This document shows positions 1 through 14,112 of a stretch of 64,000 bases of DNA, piece by piece. This DNA comes from the human T2T-CHM13v2.0 reference genome, Homo sapiens. Under the pieces are notes generated by a model that did no database searches, was not told the origin of the DNA, and saw nothing but the letters and a program-made list of their open reading frames with translations. The stretch lies in NCBI RefSeq assembly GCF_009914755.1, contig NC_060936.1. One strand, written 5' to 3'. A program made the position numbers and the translations under genes. Position 1 is the stretch's first letter; every line of letters begins with the position of its first letter.

Positions 1-690
<690 letters not shown>

Positions 691-2552
691 TCAATACTCA
701 ACTTTTAATAAAAGTTAAAATAACTAGCAGAAGATCAACAAGAAAATAGAAGACGTGAACAACTATAAAGCAATTAGATCTACCAGTTTTATAGACTACT
801 CCACCTAACAACAGCAGAACATACAGTCTTCTTAATTGCACATAAAATATTTTCCAGGATAGACCATATGGTAGGTCATTTTTAAAAGCCGATAAATTTA
901 AAAGTATTGAAAACATAAACAAATTTTTTCCAACCAGAATAGAATAAAATTATAAGGCAATAACAGAAGGAAATTTTGGGGAATTTACAGATATGTGGAA
1001 ATTAAACAACACCATCCTAAATCATACATTAGTCAAAGACAAAAGAGAAATTAGAAAATACATTGATATGAATAAAAATAAAAACACAGTGTATCAAAGT
1101 CTATGGAATGCAGCTACCACTGGTGCTTAGAGAGAAATTTAAAACTTCAAATGCCCATAATAATCAAGAAGAAAGATCTTAAATGATATTGCAATACTCT
1201 ACTTTCAGAAACAAAAAAAAAAAAAGCAAAGCAAACACACCTAAAGTAAATAAAATAAAGGATAGAGTGAAAACAAATGAAGTACAGAATAGAAAACAAA
1301 TAGCGGATATCAAAACCCACCAAAACTTTGTATTTTAGAACAATCAAAAAAATCTGAAAATCTTTAGCTATGTTAACCAAGAAAAATAAAAGAGAAAATA
1401 CTCAAATCAGTAAAATCAAGAATGACAAAAGGGACAACAGTACAATCTCTATAAAAATAAACAGGATTATAAGAGAATATTATGAACAACTGTATGCCAA
1501 GAAACTAGATAACTTAGATGAAACAGACAAAGTCCTGAGAAGATACAGATGCTGAAATTAAATCAAGAAGAAAAGGAGAACCTAAATACACCTATGACAA
1601 GTAAACACATTAAATTAGCAATCAAAAAATTTTCCCACAAAGAAAAGCCCAGAACCAAATGGTTTTGCTGGTGAATTCTATCAAACATTTAAAGAATGAT
1701 TTATGCCAGTTCTTTACAAACTCTTCCAGAAAACAGAGAGCAGGGAACACCTCTTGACTCTAAATAAAACCTGCATTAACGTGATACCAAAACCAGACAA
1801 AAACATCATGAGAAAACTATAAACGAGTATTTTTATGAATATAAACACAAAAATCCTTTAAAAAATACTAGCAAACCAAATTCAACAATATATGAAAAGA
1901 ATTATATTCCATGACTAAGTGGGATTTTTTTTCTAGGAATTCATGGTTGGTTTAATATATAAAAATCAATGACGTTAATACACCATAACAATAGAATAAG
2001 GAACAATAACAACTAGTCACCTCAGTAGATGCTGAAAAAGCATTTGACAAAATTCAACACTCTTCTACAATTAAAAGCCTCAAGAAACTAGGAATAGAAA
2101 TCTTCCTTAACCTGATAAAGGGCATATAAAAACAAAACACAGCTAACATCATACTTAATGATGAAAAACTGAAACTTTCTCCTAAAATCTGGAACAAGAC
2201 AAGAACGTCTGCTCTTAATACTTCTATTCAATATTTTGCTGTAGGCTCCATGCAGGGCAAATAGGTAAAAAAAAGAAATAAAAGGAACCAGATCAGAAAG
2301 GAGGTAAAACAATGTCTCTTTGCAGGTGACATAATCTTATCCATAGAAAATCCTGAGGAATTTAGTAGAAGACTATTAGGAATAACAAACAAATTTACAA
2401 GATCAACATACAAAAATCAATTGCTTATCTTATACTCTAGAAATTCACATTTCAAACATGAAATTTTTAAAAATTCCATTTATAATAGCATCAAAAAGAA
2501 TAAAATACTTAAGTATAAATTTTTTAAATGTATAAGACTTGTATGATTCAAA

Positions 2553-2985
2553 CAATTTTTTATTTTTCATTTTTATGGATACATAGTGGGTGTATATATT
2601 TATGGGGTACATGAAATGTTTTGATACAGGAATGCAATGTGAAATAAGCACATCATGGAGAATGGGGTATCTGTCCCCTCAAGCATTTATCCTTTGAGTT
2701 ACAAACAATCCAATTACACTCTTTAAAGTTATTTTAAAATGTACAATTATTATTGACTAGTCACCCTGTTGTGCTATCAAATAGTAGATCTTATTCATTC
2801 TTTCTAACTATTTTTTTTTTACCCATGAACCATCCCCATCTGTCCCTGAGCCCTCCAGTACCCTTCCCAGCCTCTGGTAACCATCTTTCTACTCTCTATT
2901 ACCATTAATTCTATTGTTTTGATTTTTAGATCCCACAAATAAGTGAGAACATGCAATGTTTGTCTTTCTGTGCCTGGTTTATTCC
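2553..2985 (-). mobile_element. L1MA2-like 3' end inserted in older L1
   Basis: gggtacatgaaatgttttgatacagg...caagcatttatcctttgagttacaaacaatcc is the reverse L1MA 3' UTR. Confidence 0.85.
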
Positions 2986-3869
2986 TTAAAAATATTTTTG
3001 AAAGAAATTAAAGAAAATACAATAAATGAAAAGACATCTGTAAGTCTATTTACAGATAGACATCTTAGACATCTCTAAGTCTATCTACAGATTCAATGTA
3101 ATCCCTATCATAATCCCAGCTCATTTTTTTGTGGTAATTAACAGCATGATCCCAGAATTCATATAAACTTACAAAGAACCCAGAATTGCCAAAGCAGACT
3201 TAAAAATGATGCACAAAATTGGATAACTCACACTTCCTGATTTCAAAACTTACTGCAAGCTAATCAAAACAGTATGCTACTGGCATAATGACAGACATAT
3301 CAACCAATGGAATAGAATATAGAGCCTAGAAATTAGCCTTTCCATATACAGTTAATTGATTTTTGACATGAGTGTCAACACCATCAATGCAAAAAGGACA
3401 GACTTTTCAACAAATGTTGCTGAAAAAACTGGATATCCACATGCCAAAGAACTAATTTCAACTCCTACCTCATACCATACACTATTCCAAACTCAGAATG
3501 AATCATAGACCCAAATGTAAGAGCTAAAACTGCAAAACTCAAACAAAAGAGCTAAGTATGCCCATTAACAAATGAATGGAAAATACACAATGGAGTACTA
3601 TTCAGCCATAAAAAAAGAATGAGATCCAGTCATTTTCAACAACATGGATGGAACTGAAGATCACTATGTTAAGTGAAATAAGCCAGGCACAGAAAGACAA
3701 AGATTTCATATTCTCACTTATTTATGGGATCTAAAAACTAAAACAATTCAACTCATGGTCATACAGAGTAGAAGGATGGTTACCAAAGGCTGGGAAGAGT
3801 AGCGGCAGGTTGTGGGGAGGTGAGGGTAGTTAATGGGTACAAAAAGAAAAAAATAGAAAGAATGAATAA

Positions 3870-4194
<325 letters not shown>

Positions 4195-4226
<32 letters not shown>

Positions 4227-4502
4227 AGACAGAGTGTCACTCTGTCATCCAGGCCGAAGTGCAGTGGTGCAATCTCTGCTCACTGCAACCTCCACCTCCC
4301 AGGTTCAAGCAATTGTCATGCCTCAGCCTCCTGAGTAGGTGGGAGGCGTGCACCATCACACCCGGTTAATCTTTATACTTTTAGTAGGGACAGGATTTCG
4401 CCATGTTGGCCAAACTGGTTTCAAACTCCTCGCCTCAAGTGATCCACCCGCTTTGGCCTCCCAAAGTGCTAGCAGTATAGACAAGGGCCACTGAGCCCAG
4501 CC
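4195..4502 (-). mobile_element. Older Alu (S/J) with T31 tail
   Basis: Full dimer, CpG-depleted; pure T run 4195-4225. Confidence 0.92.
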
Positions 4503-5600
4503 AAGACCTACTATTTGATAGCACAGTAGGGTAACTATAGTTAACAATACTTAATTGTATATTTTAAAATAACTTTAAAGAGTATAATTGGATTGTTTGT
4601 AACTCAAAGGATAAATGCTTCAGAGAATGGATACCATATTCTTCATGATGTGCTCATTTCACATTGCATTTCTCTATCAAAACATCCCATGTACCCCATA
4701 TATACACCTACTATATACCCAGAATAATTTTAAAAAATAATAATTTTTTAAAAATTGTTGTGACTTTGGGTTAGGCAATGGTCTCTTAGATATGATACCA
4801 AAAACACAAGTGACAAAATAAAGAATAAGAGATATTGTATTACATCAAAATTAAAACCCTTTCACTGAAAACTATACTATCAACAAAGAGAAAAATGCTG
4901 CTCACAGAATAAGAAAAAATATTTATAAGTTAGATCTATGATAACACATATATCCAGAGCATGCAAAGAACACAAAACTCAACAATAAAAAGAAAATCCA
5001 ATTTAGAAATGTATCAACTATGTTTCTAGCTTCATGCTAGTTTCTAGTTTCTAGTTCAACTAGTTTCTAGTTTCATGCTTTAACATCTGCCCTACATGTG
5101 TGTGCTGGGCACACCTTGCTCTGGACAACTTGATAATATGCCTAAGTCACCTGCCTTCCTCATCTCCCCCATCTCCTCCCAGGTTGGCTCCTCCTCCCAG
5201 GGATGTGCTTTTCAGATGTAAACCAATCAATCAGGAGTCCACAACCCAACCACCTCCTTTATAAAATTCTCACCTTCTGGGCCACTATACACCTGCCTTG
5301 ATGTATAGTGGCCCAGGGCCAGGTAACAGACAACTAGGGATAGCCTCTATACCCCATAGCTCACTGAAATTATTAAAATTAGCCAAACTAGCCTGCTTGC
5401 CCTTCTTCACCAGTTAACTTCCTGCAGAAACCACAGTAAAGGCCTTGCCCTCAGTTCCCTCCTTTCTCCTCTCTTCCTCATCACTGACCCTGGTGCTTCT
5501 TCATCTGGCCCCATGTGGTGTCGCATGCCTCCTCTCTTTCAACTGTAATGAGCTGTCTTTTCAACGGCAGTCATCTCCTGATCTATAGGCCTTGCTACAC

Positions 5601-5912
5601 TCCTTCCTTCCTTCCTACCTCCCTTCCTTTTCTCTTCTCTTCTCTTCTTCTCCTCCTCCTTCTCCCTCTCTCTCTCTCCTTTCCCCCTCCCTCCCTCCCT
5701 TCCTTCCTTCTTTCCTTCCTTCCTCCCTCCCTCCCTCCCTTTTCTCTTCTCTTCTCTTCTTCTCCTTCTCCTCCCTCTCTCTCTCTCCTTCCTCCCTTCC
5801 TCCATCCCTCCCTCCCTCCCTCCTTTCCTTCCTTCCTTCCTTCCTTCCTTCCTTCCTTCCTTCCTTCCTTCCTTCCTTCTTTCCTTCCTTCTTTCCTTCC
5901 TTCCTTCCTTCC
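5601..5912. repeat. Polypyrimidine/(TTCC)n compound microsatellite
   Basis: About 310 bp almost entirely C/T, at the tail position of the adjacent AluJ. Confidence 0.97.
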
Positions 5913-6178
5913 ATGAGGTATTTCTTTGATACCCAGGATGGAGGCTGAAATGCAGTGTTACAATTATGGCTTGAACTACTGGGCTCAAGTGATCCTCCCT
6001 CACAGCTGGAACTACAGGCGCACGCCACCATGCCCAGCTAATTTTTTATTTTTGACATTTTTTAGAGACGGTATCCCGCTATGTTACCCAGGCTGGTCTC
6101 AAATTCCTGATCTCAAGGGAGCCTCCCACCTCAGTCTCCAGAGTAGCTGGGATTACAGACATGCCACTGTACCTGGCT
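5913..6178 (-). mobile_element. AluJ
   Basis: gaactactgggctcaagtgatcctccc; gctatgttacccaggctggtctc; highly diverged. Confidence 0.88.
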
Positions 6179-8458
6179 CTAATTTTCTATTAATACAAAT
6201 ATTTTAAAACAAATAAAGGGCCAAAAATTTGAATAGATATATTTCCAAAGCAAATATCCAAATGAAAAATAAGCACATCAAAGGATGTTCAACGTTAGTC
6301 ATTAAGAATATGCAAATCAAAACCACAGTGAGATTCTACCTCACAACAACTAGGACAGCTATAATAAAAAATACAAACAAGCATTTTCATAACAAGTTTT
6401 GGGAAAGATGTGAAGGGCTTGGAACCCTCACACATTACTGGTCGGAATGTAAAATGATTCTGCCACTGTGCAAAAGAGTTTGGCAATTCCTTAACATATT
6501 AAACATAGAGTTACCATATGACCATGCCTCGAATGTCCTACTCAATCCCATCTAATGAGTCAATTTCCTTATATTTACCCATGAGAAATGAAAACATATA
6601 TCTACACACAAAAAAATTGTACATGAATGTTCACAGCAGCATTGTTCATAATAGCCAAAAGGTAGAGACAACCCAAATTTTCACCAACTAGTGAACAGAT
6701 CAACAAAATGTGCCATGTCCATATAAAGAAATATTATTCAACCACAAACGTAAATGAAGTACTGATACGTATTACAACATGGATGGATCTTAAAAAAAAA
6801 TTGTCCTAAGTGAAAGAAGCCTATCACAAAAGATCAAATATTGTATGATTCAACTTATATAAAATGACCAGAATAGACAAATCTATATGGAGACAGAAAG
6901 CAGATTAGTGGTTTCCTGAGGCTAGGGGGCTGGGGGTAGGAAGTGACTGCTAATTGATTTCTTTCGGGGAAGAAGAAAGTGTAAAATTAGATTGTGGTGA
7001 TGGTTGCATAATGCTGTGAACTTACTAAAAAGCAATGAGTTGTGTCTTTCGGTGGATCAATTGCATAATATGTGAATTATATCTCAATAAAGCTATTAAA
7101 AATATTGAAAGAGTATGATTCCTTTGACATCCAAGGGAAGACACGAAGTTCCTAGCTGGAAATACTAATCTGATAGGTATTTGCACACAGGGAAAGAGAT
7201 ATGAACTCACAGAGGGAGGCAAGGAGGTCAAAATAAGGGCTCAGTTGACTTTCTTCACTTTACTAATTCATCAAAGGGAATTTTCTTTCAAACCCTGAAA
7301 AAAAAGTAAGAACTCAATACCATTTAATGAGTACATTTTTATTGTATTTATAATAATCACCGTTGCTACTGCATGTGCATTGTGAATAGCTCACTTTTCT
7401 GTGGGTTTTGCTATTTCAGTTGGCTTTGAAAGTGTCTTAATGGTATTATAAACATTAATATTCTCAAACAATGTGCCTGTTTGAGAAGTAGAGGAAAGAA
7501 AAGCAGAAGAGAGAAGAGGGGGAGCAATAGGAATAGTAATAACTTAGTAACTCCACTAACATTTTTTATTAGGATGTTCTATGCTTTGGTGGCCACCCGA
7601 TGAGTGAGATATTTGGTAGCTGGTGCTGAGGCACAGGGAAAACGAAATCAACCAAATCCCTAGTAACTTTGGTGACCAAATTTCAAGTGTTATCATTCAT
7701 TTTTTCATTTATGGCAATTTACAAATGTGTAACTGTATTTAAGAGGGTAATTAGACATTAAATAATTTGATTTTGTAATAATGGAGAAGCTAGTATTTCA
7801 CTTTCATTTATGGAATATTGTTTTCTCAAAGACACTTTTCAGGAGCAATGGATGCATCTGAAATGCCAGCTGAGCAACACTGTAGAAGATTCTCACAGTC
7901 ATGCTTGCCTCTGAGTGGGAATGATGAAGACCTTTCTAATAGAATTTCAATTATGTTTTAATTAACCTGGCTGGAGCGTACAAGTAGAATTCAAATGAAA
8001 TCTAGCAAAGTTGTTTAGGTATGTGTTCAAAAAGCAGCTCATAAATTAAACAGAGGAAACCCACAAGACTGGGGACAGGTGAGACAGCTTAAAAAGTTAA
8101 CTACTAACTTCATTGTTGTGGAGCATATCACAATTTCAAAGAAATATCCATGTCTAGTTACTGCAGAGGTACTCTTCACATTCTAGCTTTATGTTTTTCT
8201 TTCATATCCTCACCCACCTTCCCTACAAAGTGGGTAGACATTGTGTGGAAGCACCCTAGCATATATTAATACTTAAGTCTGAGATTCAGTAAGAGATTAC
8301 ACAGTAATAGCATATCAGAATTTATATAAGAGGTTGACAAATAATTTATATAAGAGGTTGACAATGTAATTTTAAAAACACATTGTATTTTATAATTTTA
8401 TATTGGAAAAAATACTATTGTTCCTATAAAACAAGAAAACTATATAGAATGAGTTATC

Positions 8459-8766
8459 AGCTAGGTGTAGTGGCTCACACCTGTAATCCCAGCACTTTGG
8501 GAGGCCAAGGCAAGTGGATCACTCAAGGTCAGCAGTTCAAGACCAGCCTGGCCAGCATGGTGAAACACCATCTCTGCTAAAAATACAAAAATTAGCCAGG
8601 TCTGGTGGTGCGCACCTGTGATCCCAGCTACTTAGGAGGCTGAGGCAGGGGGAATTGCTTGAATCTGGGAGGCAGAGGTCGCAGTGATGCAAGATCAGGC
8701 CACTACACTCCAGCCTGGACAACAGAGTGAGACTCTGTCTCAAAAATAAATAAATAAATAAATAAA
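8459..8766 (+). mobile_element. AluS with (TAAA)n tail
   Basis: Full dimer with ctaaaaatacaaaaattagc linker. Confidence 0.95.
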
Positions 8767-9063
8767 ACAAAACATCAATATCTTACTGATCAGAAAGCAC
8801 ATTTGGACTCTTTTACAAAGAAAACACTCTTAGATTAGAGTATTGGGAGGTGTGTGTATGGAAAGTGCAGTTTTATCTAAAGGTGAAAATGTTTTTAAAG
8901 GTTCAGAAACATTGCTGTAAATAAATTCTTAATTTATCAATATTGTAAGTTTGAATTTTCAGAGGTCTCTTTCTTCAAGCACATATATGTGTAAGATATA
9001 TATGTACCCATAGACACATATTTCTACCATATACATAATTTAAGTGATAGTTTCATAAACTAA

Positions 9064-9438
<375 letters not shown>

Positions 9439-9693
9439 TAATGTAAAATATTTCCTACAGTATATGTTATAGTATTATGATTATTTAAGAATAATAAACC
9501 CATTCTATTCCTTCCTTTTAGGCAGCATATCTGGTTTTAAGGAGATGTTTCCAGATTAGATCATCAATCAAAAAGAAATTTGAGTCTCTGTCCAAATTGA
9601 ACTGCGTACATCTGGTCAGAACAACACCTGAAATAATCAAACAGGTGAGACTCTACTTAAGGAAGAAATCTAGGGAAAATATGCCTATGACCT

Positions 9694-10047
9694 TGATATG
9701 GTTTTGGCTATGTGTCCCCACCCACATCTCATCTTGAATTGTACTCCTATAATTCCCATGTGTTGTGGGAGGGACCCAGTGGGAGATAATTTGAATCATG
9801 GGGGCAGTTTCCCCCATACTGTTCTCATGGTAGTGAATAAGTCTCACAAGATCTGACGGTTTTATCAGGGGTTTCCACTTTTGCATCTTCCTCTCTTCTC
9901 TTGCCACCACCATGTAAGAAGTGCCTTTCACCTCCTGCCATGATTCTGAAGTCTCCCCAGCCATGTGGAACTGTAACTCCAGTTAAACCTATTTTCTTCC
10001 TAGTCTCAGGTATGTCTTCATCAGCAGCATGAAAACAGACTAATACA
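9694..10047 (+). mobile_element. THE1A(/B) MaLR solo LTR
   Basis: tgatatggttttggct...cagactaataca, 354 bp, perfect 5-bp TSD GACCT at 9689-9693 and 10048-10052. Confidence 0.95.
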
Positions 10048-10359
10048 GACCTTAACCATGGCTAATAGCTCTCCTGTCTAAAATGTCTCCTTATACTTAA
10101 AAGGAATCATTGCTGATATACTGCATTTACAACAAATTTTTTCTCTTTTCTAGAAGACAGACAATTATTAATTGGCCACCGTCGTTCAAATACCATTTTT
10201 ATCATTTTTATTTCTTCTCACATTTTATTAAAATTTTTAGAATTAAAGAGATGCAAAAAAAAACTATTAAAACCTCATTGGCTTTGGGAAAACACCAGAT
10301 AGGGCTTCAGAACAAGGTTCCTCACTTATTGGATGTGTAAATTAATATTATTCAATCCT

Positions 10360-10453
10360 AGCTGGTTGTGTAGGTTCATGCCTGTAGTCCCAGCTACTCA
10401 GGAGGCTGAGGCAGGAGCATCGCTTCAGCACAGGAGTTCAAGTCAAGCCTGGG

Positions 10454-10456
<3 letters not shown>
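10360..10456 (+). mobile_element. Free Alu monomer (FLAM/FAM-like), 3' truncated
   Basis: cctgtagtcccagctactcaggaggctgaggcaggagcatcgcttcagcacaggagttca. Confidence 0.8.

Positions 10457-10492
<36 letters not shown>
10457..10492. repeat. (TA)18 microsatellite
   Basis: Perfect TA run. Confidence 0.98.
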
Positions 10493-10494
<2 letters not shown>

Positions 10495-10495
<1 letters not shown>

Positions 10496-10610
10496 TTAAT
10501 CTCTTGTTTATAAATGGGTGTAGTCATATCTATCTCATAGGGTTACTGTAAGGTTTAAATGAGACAAAGCAAATAAGTGTCTGATATATCATAAACATTC
10601 AAAAAATGAT
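10495..10610 (+). mobile_element. MIR fragment
   Basis: tataaatggg...tctcatagggttactgtaaggtttaaatgaga core. Confidence 0.7.
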
Positions 10611-10774
10611 ATCTCTTATCATAGCATGGATGAAAATTGGTAAAGAGTTCATAGATTCTGTTACCTCTCTTTTCATAAGTAGGAAGTGAAAACCACAGTC
10701 AGGCAACTCTTCTAAAGTCATCAAGTATATTGATGACAGTACGAGAATCTAGGTGTCCCGACTTTCTCCTTCAC

Positions 10775-11170
10775 CAGCCTCCAAGGGCTTCTAATTTCAC
10801 ACAGGAAAAATTCCAAATTCCTTAACAAGTCATAAGGCTCTTAAATGAGCTCTGCCTATCTACCTGTCCAGGTTCACTTCCTATCGTGTAGCCCTTCATC
10901 CCATACCCCAGACTGCAGAATTGTTCTAAGGTCTCCTGGGATTTCAAAATCTCGCCGGACTCCCAAACCTCCTGTGCTGTGCTGGGTGACCCCTCCACTA
11001 GAAGCTCTTCCTGATCATCGTCCTCCTCCAGATGGAACTGTCCACTCCCTCTTGCGTACTTACTACACCGTGTTCTTTTTTTATCTCATAGCACTGTGAC
11101 TGCACTGCAGTGGCTTGTTTTGATGTCTGAATCTCTCTATTAGAACACAAGCTCCTGCAGAAAGCAGTAC
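10775..11170 (+). mobile_element. L2 3' fragment
   Basis: tccaaattccttaac...ctattagaacacaagctcctg resembles the L2 3' region. Confidence 0.6.
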
Positions 11171-12715
11171 AGTGGGTAGCACTTCGGTTTCTGCGTCTGT
11201 TTCCACCCTTGAGATTATATCAACGGAGAAATGTAGGGCAGTTGGGAAGTGATTACTTTTGGCGTGAATATTCAAAAACAGCTGGGAGTGTTCCAATAAG
11301 GTCCTCTGAACAAATATGTATCTCCAAACATCATGGGAGGTAGGGGGCTGTGTCAGTTATTCAAATAAATGTTGGAGTGGAGTCAGATGATAAATATTTG
11401 CTCTCTTAGGAATAAAATGATTCCATGTATATATTATGCTCAACTGGGGATTTCATCTACTATTTGTTTACTTTTCATCGTTTTTCATACTTATTCTAAT
11501 TGTTAATACTTCACTTTCATCTTTAATAAACACAGGGTTTTAAAACTCTTTTTGGGTCTATAATTGAAAAATATATACTTATTACTTAGCAACCTACACA
11601 GAAGCAAACTCTAAAACTCTGACCTATTATATATATCTCAGACCTAGTTGGTAACTGATACACACGAGCTTTCTTTATTTTCAGGAAAGTCTCATTAGTC
11701 TTCCAATTCCTCTCTCCCTCCACACATATACACAGCCTTGTTCAGTATCTCTGTCCTCCCTCTCTTGTAGTACTTCTCAGCTGCCACAGAGTGAGTGATA
11801 GAAAAAAAGGGGGAAAAAAAACCTAACAAAGACCAAAAGAGAGTACAGTGTGACACGGAGATGCAAAAAGGCAAAAAGGAAAACTTTAAGCAAAAATGAA
11901 ATATGAGTGAGTGAGCGGCAGGGCTAAATTGTGAGATAGTGTCATAGATTCAAAAACTTCAAAAGCAAAGACCAAAATAATATAAAGTTTTGGCTGTGAA
12001 TTAAAGGAGGAAGGAAAATCAAGGATGTGTCAAAATACATAAAAATACCTTTTCAACAGGCAGATGGTCTCATGTCCATAACCTCTGCTCTACGCCTATA
12101 TAATGTATTTGAGTTTGTCTGCATGTATGTATGTGTGTACACAATTATGCCTAATTTTCTGATAATTTTTACTTTCTCAAAAAGAGTGAATTTAGGAAAT
12201 CAAGACATTCCCAAAGAAGTGTCATGCGCAGATATTTTTTTCATGGAGTAATTATCAGATCCTCACTCAGGACCCAAAGGAAGCAAACTAATAATTTGTG
12301 GCCCTTTCAAAATAATCTTTAAGCAATATTCATTCCAATGTATTCAGTGAAGATGGAGAGGTACCAATTTTCTATTAATAATTATTGAATTCACATATAC
12401 ATTTGCTTACTAATATATTGCAATAACTGAAGTAAAAAGGCAAAATGTTTTCTGATTTTTGAGGTTTACATTTCACCTCCAAATTTCTTTTCTAAACCAG
12501 GTATGTTTTGGGAAGCAACATAGCAAAGTGTTTAAAATTTAAATAATAAGAAAAATCACTTGTACTCAGTAAATAGCACCGTGCAGCCACAATTGTGTTT
12601 CAGAATTTTAGCTGCTGGTTACTGCCAAGTTCAGGTGATTGTCTACTAGCCAGTTTCAAAGTTGGCTGGCAAAGACTTCGGTGTTGGTGTTTCTTTTTTG
12701 TTTTTAATTTTCATT

Positions 12716-12883
12716 CAGGGCAGCACCACTTTGGCGGGAGCAGGACCAATATTCATTTTGCCAATAATATAAGGAATTGCTTGTGGAAACCTGAGTTTTT
12801 TTGGCACCGCATATTTGATTTATTCCACTGAAGTTTTAGCACCCTTACAGATTAGCACCCCTGGTGAGAACCAGCTGGCCCTG
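12716..12883. mobile_element. Putative hAT-Tip100-type MITE
   Basis: Termini CAGGGC-AGC ... GCTGGCCCTG form a near-perfect 10-bp TIR; no clear TSD. Confidence 0.45.
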
Positions 12884-12904
12884 AATCCAGCTTGTCCCTC
12901 ACTC

Positions 12905-14080
12905 AGAGAGCACTTGCTATTCAACATTGTGCTGGACTTCTTAGCACACTAGACAAGAAATAAGAGGTGTAAGGATTGGAAAGGGATAAACTAAATTCTC
13001 AGGGTTCTCAGATGCTATGAGTTTCTAAAGAAAAAAAAGGCCAAGTGAATCTATAAGAACAAATGCAAAGTTTAGCAAGCTTGTAGGATTAATGGTGTTC
13101 CTATACCTCATTAACAAACAAGTATAAAAATTAATCACATAAGATGTTTAGATTCAAAAATCACACAAAAGCTGTAATGCACCCAGGAATAAGTTTCACA
13201 AAATATATACAAGACCTTCATGTAGAAATTTAGAATATCTATTTAAAAACATAAAAGAAGATTCACCTAAATAAAGTGGCTCATGAATGAGGATGTGAAT
13301 ACTCAATATTTTAACAGTGTAAATTGTCTCCAAATTAATCTGTACAGTTAATACAATCCCCAATGTTTTGAATGGGAGTTTACTGATTGGAAAATTCTCA
13401 TGGACTAATAAAGGCTCAAGAAGAGCCAGTAATTTAAAAGAAAAAGAATAAGAAGTTGGCACTAAGAGTCATAAAAATATAGTATAAAACTCTGGTAATT
13501 AAAACTATGTGGCATTGTGGTAGATATTAGAAAAAAGATAATTAGACTATATTAAAGGGCTGTGGAAGAGCCCCAAGTGTAGAAGGGAATATGGTTCACA
13601 ATAAGAGGAAAAGGATGGAATACCCAATAGATGGTGAAATTGTGCAGAGTTAATTGTCATTGTAGAAAATTAAAATTATATTTTTTCTTCCAAGCCTCAG
13701 AAATACATTCTAGATAGAGGAAAGTATAAATGGGAAAAGTAAAACTTTAAAACATTCAGAAGAAAATGCAAAGACTTTGTTTATGACTTCAGCATAGAGA
13801 ATAACTTTTGAAAAAGGCATTAAAGAGCAAATTGTAATGACGTTACAATAAATGTTACTTTATGACACAAATACACAGAGACACATAAAAGCCACAGACT
13901 GAAAGAAGATAAATACAGTCCATACAACCAACAAAAATTGGTGTTCAGAATAAATAAATAAATGACTGCAAAACATAAGGAAAAAAGTAATCTGCCAAAG
14001 AAGAAAATTGGCAAAGGATATGACTATTTAATTCACAGGAGTGAAAAAACCATGAGCCCAACAAACATTTGGAAGGCCCG
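12905..14080 (+). mobile_element. Very old L1 (L1ME/L1M5) ORF2 fragment
   Basis: ctattcaacattgtgctgga, ctcatgaatgagga...ctcaatatt, aaattggcaaaggatatga. Confidence 0.7.
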
Positions 14081-14112
14081 CAGCTTCAGTGTTCAGCAGG
14101 TGAAATGGGTGG

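Larger units (their letters stand above)
5010..6211 (+). mobile_element. MER74-type ERVL solo LTR interrupted by AluJ
   Basis: TG start tgtatcaactatg; cccagggccaggtaacagacaactaggga; gaaaccacagtaaagg; end tattttaaaaca beyond the Alu. Confidence 0.75.

Noticed and set aside
5515-6031. Four overlapping ORFs of 118-154 aa
   Set aside because: Stop-free only because of the C/T microsatellite
7461-7487. 10-bp perfect hairpin ttctcaaaca-N7-tgtttgagaa
   Set aside because: About one such stem is expected by chance in 64 kb of AT-rich DNA
11685-11790. Possible 106-nt exon (tttcAG ... AGA|GTGAGT)
   Set aside because: Pyrimidine-rich, low-complexity body and a weak exonic donor side; probably a pseudoexon
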